This document shows positions 1-11,181 of a stretch of 36,840 bases of DNA, piece after piece. The DNA lies in assembly GCA_964035545.1 (NCBI GenBank), contig CAXIUT010000135.1, forward strand, positions 1 through 36,840, read 5' to 3'. Each line of letters begins with the position of its first letter. Position 1 is the first letter of the stretch. This stretch comes from Bugula neritina. Lineage: Eukaryota > Animalia > Bryozoa. Position numbers and translations under genes: made by a program. Below the pieces are notes generated by a model. That model was not told where the DNA came from. It was given only the letters and a program-made list of their open reading frames with translations, and did not search any database.

Positions 1-82
1 CCCCAACCCCAACCCCAACCCCAACCCCAACCCCAACCCCAACCCCAACCCCAACCCCAACCCCAACCCCAACCCCAACCCC
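1..82 (+). repeat. Left telomere (CCCCAA)n
   Basis: 13 perfect C4A2 units plus CCCC at the window start; same repeat as in Tetrahymena. Confidence 0.99.
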
Positions 83-91
83 GAAAGAGTA

Positions 92-140
92 GTATGATAT
101 GGAGATATAGTGTATGATAAGGAGATATAGTGTATGATAT
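92..140. repeat. Subtelomeric 20-bp tandem repeat, about 2.5 copies
   Basis: GTATGATA(T/A)GGAGATATAGT at 92-111 and 112-131, partial copy at 132-140. Confidence 0.85.
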
Positions 141-151
141 AGTAGCCATAA

Positions 152-1203
152 TCATTCCTGAATAGACATCGTACTTTATCCTATTTACCGACCAAATCCT
201 TTTAACATCTCACAAACAAACCGAGATCTCTTCATTTAAGGGCCACAATGAATGCTTTACTTCAAATCTGATGACTATGATTAGCCGAGAAGACCTTTCA
301 GTTGGTTCCATCCCCTCAGAGAAACACTACTCTACTCAAAAGTCTGACTAGATTACATCGCTTTGTTGGAAGGTATAATTCCACCAAAATCATATCCTGT
401 CTGAGGCAGAATAATAGTTTTTCCTAGTTTTTTAGATGAAGGTAAATGATCAGTCAGAGAACATATAGTTTGATTATTGATCTAAGGTTGGTTGTTTTGA
501 CTACTAATATTGTTTTTCTTTTATCTTTGGATATAAAATTAACTATCCTTAATACCAAACATAGCACTTGTTGATTCTTCTAGTGTATATTTGCTATCTG
601 TTGTTTTTTGACTAAACTATGAACCTTTAGTTGACAATTTTTATGTCTATTCCTTCAGTTAGCTTAAAAGATGTTCAATTTCTTTATTTTTCTTCCTTAT
701 TTCTTCGAAAGGACAGAAATACTCATTAAACTGCCAACTACATAACTACATCTTCCTTTTGCTATTATTTTTATTCCTCAACTTCGTATCTATCAACTCC
801 TTCATCTTATCAGAAGATAGCACCTTCTGCCCATCTTCATTCTTAGCCTACAAATATGTGAAATTAATCTTAGTGTTTCTTCGACAAATCTATTGTTTTT
901 TTGGAGCTGGTTTGAATACCAACTAGCTGATAAAAGATTTAGGCTGAAGAGTAGTTCTTTTCTTTTTAGATAGACAAGGACTCACTTGAATAGATTTGAC
1001 TATTGGTAATTCTCTTTGAGAAAAGTACAAAGGAGATATTTGTTGTTGACTACTAGTTAATCGAGGATTGGTTTTGATAAGTGAAGGACAGTTTTTGATC
1101 ATACTATCAGTCATCAAAATTGTTATCTAATATTATTTTTCTATATAATATTACTTCAGCTTGATTTTCTTCTTTTATCACAATAAACAAACTATTCACT
1201 CAT
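152..1203 (-). CDS. Hypothetical low-complexity protein (~340 aa)
   Basis: TGA-free frame in table 30 from about 1170 to TGA at 152-154, containing track ORF 923..1117. The 5' end is uncertain: ATG 1203 needs a candidate 17- or 20-nt GT-AG intron starting at 1188; otherwise the start is ATG 1114. Confidence 0.65.
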
Positions 1204-1298
1204 TTCAAGTGCTTAAAAAGGAAAATCAAATCACTAAGATAAATCATCGGAATCTAAACTATTGATTTTGCTATAAATTGATTATAAATAGTAATTAA

Positions 1299-2815
1299 TC
1301 ATTTTGAATGAAGACTTATTTTAGGTGATTTGGGAAGATTCTCACCAAATCCTGAAAATCCTATCAAAATAGCTGTCAAGTTATCAGAACTTCTTCGTCT
1401 CATTGACTCAAACAATAAACTATCAACAGCGTTTCCAACCTTTTCATGACTAGATCCTTACTCTCTCAATGTTTTCCAAATCAACTCAACTATCTACATC
1501 GATTCCATTCTTTCCAAAACTCCATCACAACACATAAGAATAAAATCTTCTTTTCCTGTCAACCTGAATTTCCTAACATCAGGCTAACTTGAAACCACAC
1601 CTTTGATTCCTCCATATTCAGACTACTTAGCCTAAATATCACCAATTGTTCGAGAAACAGACAACTTTCCAGGCAAAATTCTCAAAGGACCTATTATTTT
1701 ATCATTTTTTTCAGAAGTCTTATCCAGTTTGAACATCTCAGTCCTGTATATTTTACCTCCCAGCTCCAACACTCGCTCCTGCTCTCGATTATCACTCGGC
1801 TTATGATCGCGACTCAAATTAAAGACCAACTTCCCACCCTCAGTACTCATAATCGCTCTAGAATCTCCCAAATTGACCACATAACATATATCCTCTACAA
1901 TTAAAGTTATCAACACACATGAACCACTCCTATCAAGAACACCAACTTTACTTCTATTCGTTTTGGTCTTTTCTATGAATCTCAGCTCAGTCTATTTCAT
2001 AGTTTCTAATAAGGCTTTTTTTTGGATCAGCTGGAAAAGAACTATTATTGATAAGAAGGTCATGGACATTGTCTTTGAGGAAGTCACAGCAAAGGTGACC
2101 TCCATGTCCGTCATAAATAGCAAAAAATTGAGCTTTTTACTCCTTTTTTCTTGATATTAAGTGTAATACTCACTCTATCTTCGTTGTAATTCCTCGATAT
2201 TCCTTGGTGTGTATTAACTGCATAATTTTTAACAAATCCATTATCTTTTGATGATATTTTAGCTGGCTAAATGGCTGGTACTTTTTGGCCATCTCCCTCT
2301 CTTTTACTTTGCAATCTGGTTGCCAAGTTGACTTTACGTTAATACTAACAAGCCTTTACCAATTCTTCTCCTTCCATCGAATGAGATTCCAACCTATACT
2401 TACCATCCTTGCTAATTCCGTTAAAAAGAAGTTTTTCAGTAGAATTTTCTTTAATAGGTTACTTTCCTTTATTGCTTTTAAAGGCTGCAATGCTTTATAG
2501 AGGAGTAGTTCTTGTTGGAGAATTAAAATAACTTTGAAGATGAGATGGAGATAGACATTGTTTCGAATGGACTGATTGTACAGGAGAAAGAGGACTCAAA
2601 GGAATCTCTTTTGGTTTATTTGCTGTTGAGTATTGATTTTATTTATTTGGAGAAGAAATATCTTCAACCTTAATTCTTTATCTATCCAAAGGACTCCTTT
2701 CTAATCTATTTTTTTCAATAGAGCCCATTTTCAAACAACTCTTCTCAGCGAATGATTTCATTTGAACATTCTCAACCTTTTTATTTCCATTACTACTTTT
2801 GACTTCCTTTTTCAT
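1299..2815 (-). CDS. Protein phosphatase 2C (PPM family) with N-terminal extension
   Basis: Motifs RNYNEDR, FFAIYDGHGG, NLGDSRA, SRDHKP, LSVSRTIGDI[TAG]AK, MCCDGV and SSDNLT; TGA at 1299-1301. Two +1 breaks at A-runs (about 2134-2149 and 2016-2023), probably sequence errors. Confidence 0.93.
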
Positions 2816-2932
2816 TTGACCGTTATATTATTATACTGATAATAAAATATAATTCTTATCAATTCCCATATTATTAACTGCTATTGATGTTTTATATTTA
2901 TTTGATTACTATCTCAATAATAAATCTAAGTA

Positions 2933-3559
2933 ATGCATCATTCGGCTTTAAACAATTATAATAGTTTAGTTCATTCGACTAATGGTTCAAAAGAATCTTC
3001 ATTGAAAAGTAGACAACTTGTTAGAACCAACCAAATCATCTTTTCTGATTTTTCATGCCATTAGAGTATCTTTTAGAAAAAACAAAAAAAAGTACCTTTG
3101 TTTCTACTCAATCGAAAACACAAACAAACTAAAACAGGCAATATATACACCAATAACGCTATATATAAATAACAAGACAATCCTAAAAAGAATAGTAATA
3201 TGCAAACTAAAATAAAAAGCAAATCATACCTCCAAAAAAAGAAACTTCAATAGAATAATAAAAAATCAACTTTAGTTCCTTTTAACTTTGTAAATGCCAA
3301 AAATCAAAAACATATAGATTTATCCAACTAACTTGACAATATTCCTTTATTTAGTTTTTACCCAAAAAGCAGATATCTCGAAACAGCCTATACTTAGAGA
3401 AAATCAACAAAATCAATCAATTCAGCAAGACCCAAATAAAGACACAGAAGAATATTAAGTTCAGCACAAACTAAATAAAAAGTTATTGATAAATAACTCT
3501 AAAATTATAAATTCTGTGCATGGAATACCATAGATGTCTAGTACGATTAACTAATATGA
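2933..3559 (+). CDS. Hypothetical K/N/S-rich protein (208 aa)
   Basis: ATG to TGA, 627 nt, open in table 30; fills the space between neighbours. Confidence 0.7.
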
Positions 3560-3567
3560 TACAAATT

Positions 3568-3610
3568 AATAAATGATTTATCAATGTAATAAATGATTTA
3601 TCAATGTAAT
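3568..3610. repeat. 20-bp tandem duplication in a convergent spacer
   Basis: AATAAATGATTTATCAATGT twice, with degenerate copies to about 3650. Confidence 0.8.
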
Positions 3611-3671
3611 ATAGTAAATGGTTATTAAATGTAATAAATGATTAAAATGTGAGTAATACTAAATATATCTA

Positions 3672-5199
3672 TCAATTTCCTTTATGAATAAAGCACCCTA
3701 TTTTTCTGATCCCGTTTTAATCATTTTACCCAAAAAGAGCACCTGGATACTATTTATCTTTGACCTAAATCTAAAAACGTTCTCCTTCTTAACTCTGCTA
3801 GTACAACTAATAATTTCCATACTTCTAAACTCTTCGATAATTGGATGTTATTATCAGATACTGTAAATACCCTTAAAAGAAGACCCCTTCGATTTGTTTA
3901 ACATATTAGTCTTAGGAACAAATAAATACCTAATATTTCTGACCAGATTGGCTATATTTCTTGGGCTATCCTTTCTAATAGCGCACATGAATGTCTTTTA
4001 TGTGGCCACTATCATGTTTAAGTATTTGTATTTATTTTATTTTGCTGCTTAGATGTTGATGACTCCATTTGATGGGATTGACTGGAATGGGATAGTTAGA
4101 TTATTTGATTGGAAAGTTAGACAATCTACTGCCTTAAGGAATTAATTAACTTTATTATTGTTATTTTTTCCATATTTTTCTTTTAGACTCACTCCTCTAT
4201 TTTCTATTCAAAATCGATAACTTATTTTTTGTTTTACTTATCTTAGATTCCTTTTTAGATTAGTTTATCTAAAGCTATAACTTATTAGAACTATATTGAG
4301 ATTGCAATAGATGATTATTTTTTCTAAGTTATGATATCTTATCTCTAAGAATATTATTCTCTTTCTATTTCTAGACCAATTGATATTTTAAATTATCAAC
4401 CATTTCTCTTAACTTTGATTTGTCCTTTGCCAATGACTTTATCTTCTGATAATCTTGCTATACCTTCTGATGTAATAAATCTGAAAGATCCTAGTTTTAC
4501 TACACAGATGATTGATGAGTTTTTATCTTTCTTTTTATTTTTGATTGATTTACTTGAACTTTTGCCTCATTTCTCATCTATCCGCTCTAAGCAATTCTTG
4601 CCTCAAAGTTAGAACTATAAGTTTTCAACCTTTTTGAACTCTATAGTGCCCTACGATAGCTATCAACTTATTTTTTAAGAATTCTAACTTATTATTTTAA
4701 CTTTTAATTTTATGTTATAATTTTGGTATAGCCTTAAGCTCCTAACTAAACTAGTCCTTTTTATTGGAATTTATTAATTTTTTTGATTTGTTTGATTTCC
4801 TATTTAAGTTAATAATTTTATTTAGCATATGAGTTAATTCTTCTTTAGAAATCTTATGTTCTAGTATCATCATTGATGGCTTATAATTTTTTTTTATAAC
4901 GTTAGGCTTATTTTTTATATATTTGATATTTTTTATAAGCATTTTGTAGTTCCATTTGCGATATATCTTATGTTTTATTATGATTCTTTTTTTTACTATC
5001 ATCCAATCTTTTCTTTATCTCTCCGTCTAATTTTATACTCAATTCTTTATAGCTATTTCTTTAATACCTCATTCTGCTTCTTTACAAATCTGTTCTCTTG
5101 AAATATATTTTTATCATCTGGTCGGCCCCTATTATTACTTATCTATATGTTATCTAGAGAAAGGTCTATACCTCTGCTTTGAGGGTAATTCTCCTACAT
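3672..5199 (-). CDS. Coiled-coil protein with C-terminal jacalin-like (beta-prism) domain
   Basis: Table-30 ORF with one +1 break near 5046-5062. The C-terminus (IKDIHVRY...EDEYVKQIEG...LQYLIITSN...KYG...GALFG...IRKIGCF) follows the jacalin pattern by eye. Confidence 0.7.
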
Positions 5200-5340
5200 T
5201 CTTTAATATTAATATAGTTTAATATTATAATTTCACAATAACTCATTATTCTGATTACTAATCAAATATATAAAATGATATTCTGTTATTTAGTTTTTAT
5301 TAATCTTTATGACTAGTATAATATTTACAATAATTATTCA

Positions 5341-6795
5341 ATGCATTCAAGTGACGCCTTTTCAGATTATAGAGTAACTTACTCAGTCAATAAATCCTAT
5401 AATCTATCTCCTACAGTTGGAAGACTACATAAAAGTAGATAACCGTCTTCTATGGGTCCAACTGTCTGTCTCATCAATCGATCCAAATAAAGAAGTCAAT
5501 AAACCACCATCAACAATGATAAATAATAAGACCTCTTAAGTAAAATATTGATGCTGTCTATGTAAATAGAAAGATTAAGTACATAGAATAAGACTTTAAA
5601 GGCTTAGAAAGAGGAAATGAGCAGTATAGATAGGCTGAAATAAGCTAGTTTTCTTCGTGAGAAAAATTAGCAACTAAGAATGAGTGCATAGCGAAGTGAT
5701 TCAATAAGAAGTGAGCTTGAGAGAAGATATGCCAATCAGATATACTAGATGAAATAGAAAATAGCTGTTAGTGAGGCATAGAATAGAACATTAAATCGTA
5801 GACTTCGTGAAAACTAGAAAGAGATGGAATAGACAACTTTGAAAAAGAAAATAAACTAATCTATGGCTGAAAGAAACAAAATGGACGCCTCCAGAATGAT
5901 GGAATTAAGCATGCAATTTAATAGTACCAATGCTGATCTTCACAAAAGCATAGTTAAAGAAAAAGCATTGGAATTAGAATCACTTAAAGAGAAAGTAGGT
6001 AAATGTGAATAAATTATTAGAGATCAAAAATTTATTATTAACGGACAAAAAGAATAAATACACAAGTAGAGAAATGATTTGAGAGAATTGTAGAAACGGT
6101 TTTAGAGAGAGTTATCATTTTTAAGAAATCAACTCGAGTACAGTCAACGCTAGAATAGTCAAATAAATCAATAAGAAATAAAGAAGTTGCAGGTTCAAAT
6201 AAAGGACTGGCAAGGTAGAGTTATAAGTTCATAATAATAGTTAAAATAAAAATGTTTAATGATAGCTAATCAAGTAAAAACAATAACATAGCAAGATGAT
6301 AGAATAAACTAGCTATAAAGACACATCCAAGATGTATAATTTTACACCCATTCTAAAATAGTAAAAGCATAGTAAGGAGCAAAGTTGGCAAATAAATAGA
6401 AATAAAGATAGACCCAAAAGTTAAAAAAATAAATATATAAGTATTAATAGTAAATATAAGCTTTAAGGATGGCTATTGAGCAGTATAGACAAAATATAGC
6501 ATAGAAAGATAGCTAGACAATACTGTCAGCAAATGAGTTTAAAAATAAATTAAGATAAAAATAGCAACAAGTCAAAAAGCTAAGAAGAAGAGGCAAGTAA
6601 CAAGAATCAGATATGAAAATGAGTAAAAGTCTATCAGTCGATAATACTACTATGAGCAATAGATTGAAAAACTCACAAGTTAGTCTGGGACATATAGTAA
6701 ATAGCGTTATGTAGTTGAAAAATTCACACGAGAAGTCAAGTCGGTTAATCGGACGATCAGCTGCAGCTGTGAAGGAAGTTTACTATGCCACCTGA
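5341..6795 (+). CDS. Coiled-coil protein (484 aa)
   Basis: ATG and TGA in frame over 1455 nt; E/K/L-rich heptad-like sequence. Confidence 0.8.
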
Positions 6796-6858
6796 TCATT
6801 AAATACAAATATAAATATTAGTTATTATTATAAAGAATAGTTATATAGTTATCGTTAG

Positions 6859-8202
6859 ATGCTTTGCAGGAAAAATAAAAAAAAGAAATCATCAACTTGT
6901 AAAAATAAAGATCAGCTAATCAAAGAGAAAGGGTTCAATGTCTATAGTGGATTAAATATTTCTTTTTAAAATAATAGCAATCATAAAAAAGATAAAAAAC
7001 AATCTAGTAGTAGTTATAAAGTTTACCTGGATGAACACATTAAATATAAAAAAGGACAATCATCAAGACGTTCAAACTATCACAATTTGGACAATAATAA
7101 TCTTAGAGATAGTTTTTGCAAAACATCTAGGAAAAAATAAATCAATAATGCAAAAAGATCATAAAAGAAATCAATATAAAAGAAATGGATAAATATATAA
7201 TAGGGAATAAAAAAGTAAAATTATCTAAGAATGTATAAAAAAGCCATCTAAAAAATATTCAAAAGACTAGATGTATTCTGTAAAGGAAGCATAAGTTAAA
7301 ATAATATTAAAAAAAGTGTACCAGATGATGCCTATTATTTTCTAGGTCACATTTTCCAAAAAATAAGATAATAAAAACTTACTTTATCTTACTAAAAATT
7401 TCTATAAAACTGTCTCACTGTCCTCCATCAAACTACATAATAAGATTTAGTTATATTTCTAGAATCTATTCTTGGAACTCTTAAGTTAGATAATACTATT
7501 TCAAATTTCAAAGTTGAAGACAAAAAGTTGTCTTAGGCTTAATTGAAAATATAGAAGCATAATTTAATAGAATAATATAGAAAAAATAGATATAAACCTT
7601 TGATTCCTTTCTAGTAGATAGTTGGAAAAAATAAAAATATAATCGGAAATGATATTAAAAGTAAAGTAAAAAATAAAGTTGATAAAAATTCATATTAGTT
7701 TCAAGACAGTAACTTTTCTTTTAATATTAAACGAGAATAAGTTAATATCAAAAATAATAAAGAAGAGATTTAAAGCTTAAGAAAAAAAATCAATAAAGAA
7801 ATAGATTAAAAAAATAAAATATCATCTACCTCAGCTCAGAATAAAATAGACAAAATCAAATAATAACTTAAATATAAAGTAAAATAAACATAAAAGATTA
7901 TAATATAACCTAAAAGTTCATCAAAAAAGATATATTAGTAAAGATCTCCTTATAAATCAGCTCGATAAAATCTAGCACATATTGAGAAAGGTTCAAGTTA
8001 ATTCGATAACATAGTAATCAGACCAAATACTTCACGTTAAAACTATGAAAAACTTCCTTTGAAGGATATCAATCAAAACTGGCAAAATGAGACAGAAAGA
8101 CTAGAAAAGCTAAGTAAAAGAGTAGAGAGGTTTATCAAAGATGGCAACTAGAAAATAATGAAAAATTCTACTTTTATTCGAGAGAATAGTTTAAGAAAAT
8201 GA
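6859..8202 (+). CDS. Hypothetical protein with a degenerate EF-hand-like segment (447 aa)
   Basis: 1344 nt open in table 30; IFKRLDVFCKGSISENNI resembles an EF-hand. Could extend into the downstream repeat via a candidate intron at 8189-8214. Confidence 0.75.
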
Positions 8203-8258
8203 TTAATATTTTAGTATTAATATCAAAATAGAGTAATACAATCATTAAATAGTAAAGT

Positions 8259-9395
8259 ATGATAGATAATTAAATACAAGAGATGATAGATAGTTAAATA
8301 CAAGAGATGATAGATAGTTAAATACAAGAGATGATTGATAATTAAATACAAGAGATGGTAGATAACTAAATACAATAGATGATAGATAATTAAATACAAG
8401 AGATGATAGATAGTTAAATACAAGAGATGATTGATAACTAAATACAATAGATGATAGATAGTTAAATACAAGAGATGATTGATAATTAAATACAAGAGAT
8501 GGTAGATAACTAAATACAATAGATGATAGATAGTTAAATACAAGAGATGATAGATAGTTAAATACAAGAGATGGTAGATAACTAAATACAATAGATGATA
8601 GATAGTTAAATACAAGAGATGATAGATAGTTAAATACAAGAGATGGTAGATAACTAAATACAATAGATGATAGATAGTTAAATACAAGAGATGATAGATA
8701 GTTAAATACAAGAGATGGTAGATAACTAAATACAATAGATGATAGATAGTTAAATACAAGAGATGATAGATAGTTAAATACAAGAGATGGTAGATAACTA
8801 AATACAATAGATGATAGATAGTTAAATACAAGAGATGATAGATAGTTAAATACAAGAGATGGTAGATAACTAAATACAATAGATGATAGATAGTTAAATA
8901 CAAGAGATGATAGATAGTTAAATACAAGAGATGGTAGATAACTAAATACAATAGATGATAGATAGTTAAATACAAGAGATGATAGATAGTTAAATACAAG
9001 AGATGGTAGATAACTAAATACAATAGATGATAGATAGTTAAATACAAGAGATGATTGATAATTAAATACAAGAGATGGTAGATAACTAAATACAATAGAT
9101 GATAGATAGTTAAATACAAGAGATGATAGATAGTTAAATACAAGAGATGGTAGATAACTAAATACAATAGATGATAGATAGTTAAATACAAGAGATGGTA
9201 GATAATTAAATACAAGAGATGGTAGATAATTAAATACAACAGATAAAATCATTGAATTCTTTTATTTTATTTTCCATATTGCCATTGTAAGTCAATATCT
9301 ATATTTCTTTTTTTATTTTATTTTATTTTTAATCTTTTGCTTCTTTTCACTTATTAGGTTTTAGGCATTTCACTTATTTTCTTTATTTTTTTTGA
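8259..9395 (+). CDS. Candidate acidic octapeptide-repeat protein (EIQEM[IV]D[SN])x41
   Basis: ATG at 8259; frame free of TGA across the whole array; internal unit variants are synonymous or conservative in this frame. Its first TGA (9393-9395) overlaps the antisense pseudokinase. Confidence 0.45.
8261..9244. repeat. 24-bp tandem array, 41 units, with 72-bp higher-order period
   Basis: Units A=GATAGATAGTTAAATACAAGAGAT, B=GGTAGATAACTAAATACAATAGAT, C=GATTGATAATTAAATACAAGAGAT; regular (B-A-A)n from 8501 to about 9030. Confidence 0.98.
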
Positions 9396-10103
9396 TTTTT
9401 AGGATTTGAAGAAAGAGGGAGCAAATTTAAGATAAAGGTCTTGTAGAAATTGAACGTGTTAGGATTTTAATTTTTTTTCAGCGATCTAGAATCGACTTTT
9501 CCATGATTTTATATTTTTCTATAAAGGAAAAAGTAAATTAAAAAGAATAGTAGCATACTATTGATAAAGCTAATTCTGAAAATTACTTCTCTCTTAAAAG
9601 TGTATCTTATGATTCAAGAGGAAGGAGTCAACTAGCTTGATGGAAAAATCTGATGTGCAGACGATTGAATTAAGAGATAGTTATCCTGGATCATAGTTAT
9701 GTGAAATCATGAATTAGAGTACTTATTTGATGGGAAGCATGGTTTAGAAGATTTATTAGTGAGTAAAATAGGTCATTTCTTTGTAACTCTAGGCCAATGT
9801 TTTTTAATAATTTTAGAATAATATTCCACAGGATAGATAATTTTTATTTTATATGTTAGAAATATGGGTATTTATTTATATTTTATTGATTTTAATCAAT
9901 CCCTCATGATTTAGTTCTTTTCTTTTTGTTAGTTTTTAAAGAGTTGATGCATGATGAATTTCATATATTTTGAATATCATTTTATATGTGTCATTGGCTA
10001 TAATGAGATGTTAGTGAGTTTATTTTATTATTTTCAATAGTTTTTTGTTTTATCTACTTTATCCCACACAAACTCCTCTCTATTTATTTGTTTCAGTTAT
10101 CAT
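9249..10103 (-). CDS. Divergent pseudokinase (284 aa)
   Basis: 855-nt ORF with kinase-like segments RKELNHEGLIKI, ILFENYEKTL, YFTHEEIF, DPGELSLNSI (HRD lost) and IKLVDSF (DFG altered). Confidence 0.7.
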
Positions 10104-10241
10104 TAAATATTATTATTCTAAACAAATAATCTGATATTGATTTAATAATCAACCCACTCTTAATTAGATATTTATTTTTATCTTTTTCAACTAATATCTG
10201 ATTCGTTAAGAAATCATTTATTTAAATATAAAATAAAAAAT

Positions 10242-11126
10242 ATGAATTCATCAAGATCAACGAATTAATAAGATAAAAATGCAGCAAATAATAACTTCTC
10301 TACCTTATAAAGCTAACATTCTAAAAAACAAATCAAATAAATAGAAATAAAAGACAATAAAACATCAAGTACATCTATACAATAGTATTAGTTAAAAAAA
10401 ATTAATTAAAACAATCATAAAAATGATTAAAATACTTAAAATTCTGATAGATTATTTACTTTCATGGATTAAAAATCCATTTAAAAAAAAATCATTCAAT
10501 AATATATACACAAAAATGCCTTCAAAAAATAATTTAACCATCATTAAAATAATTAGTAAAAACTTCATAAAAATTGCAATGGAATAGTTAAAATCATATA
10601 AGATTCAAGAAAAAAACGATAAGATTTCCTTAAAAAACTCACTAACAATCCCATCAACCTAAAACAAGATAAATCTAAATCAAAATTATCAAAAATAAGC
10701 AAAAGTAAAACTCCAAAGAATAATAGTAGATTATAAAGTAGATATTAAACCTTGCAACCAAGAAGTAGATCAAAAACACCTAAATTCGATCCAATAAAAA
10801 CATGTACACCTAAAAATAGTCATGAAGGAAGAATGTTTAGAGCTAAAAGTAATTTAGGAACATAAAGATATCGATTTCCTTTAGAATAAAAAGATAATTA
10901 AATATCTAAAGAAGATGATGATTTATTGAAAAGTAAAAATCAAGAGTTTTTAGTTCAAAAATAGCTGTTAAAAAAGAAAAAATAACTATAAAAACAACTA
11001 AATGCAATCAATGAATCTCTTCTAGTCTGTAAAAAACCATAAACTATAAAGAAGAAAAATAAAACAAATGGCATTAATACTAAAGTCCAAAAAAAGAAAT
11101 CTAAAAGCAAGTTAGTTAGATATTGA
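10242..11126 (+). CDS. Hypothetical K/N/S-rich protein (294 aa)
   Basis: ATG and TGA in frame, 885 nt, A-rich coding-strand composition. Confidence 0.7.
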
Positions 11127-11181
11127 AATATATCTTTTATTTGATTGATATTATGTTCTTTATATTCTTTTAGTAAAAAAT

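Noticed and set aside
8261-9244. CRISPR array
   Set aside because: Contiguous units with no unique spacers, no cas genes, and a eukaryotic context.
8223-9252. Track ORFs 8223..9239 and 8245..9252 (minus; YHLLYLTI and SSLVFNYL repeats)
   Set aside because: They are open only because the repeat lacks stops on that strand. They are T-rich, unlike real coding strands here, and their unit variants are non-conservative. The + frame fits better.
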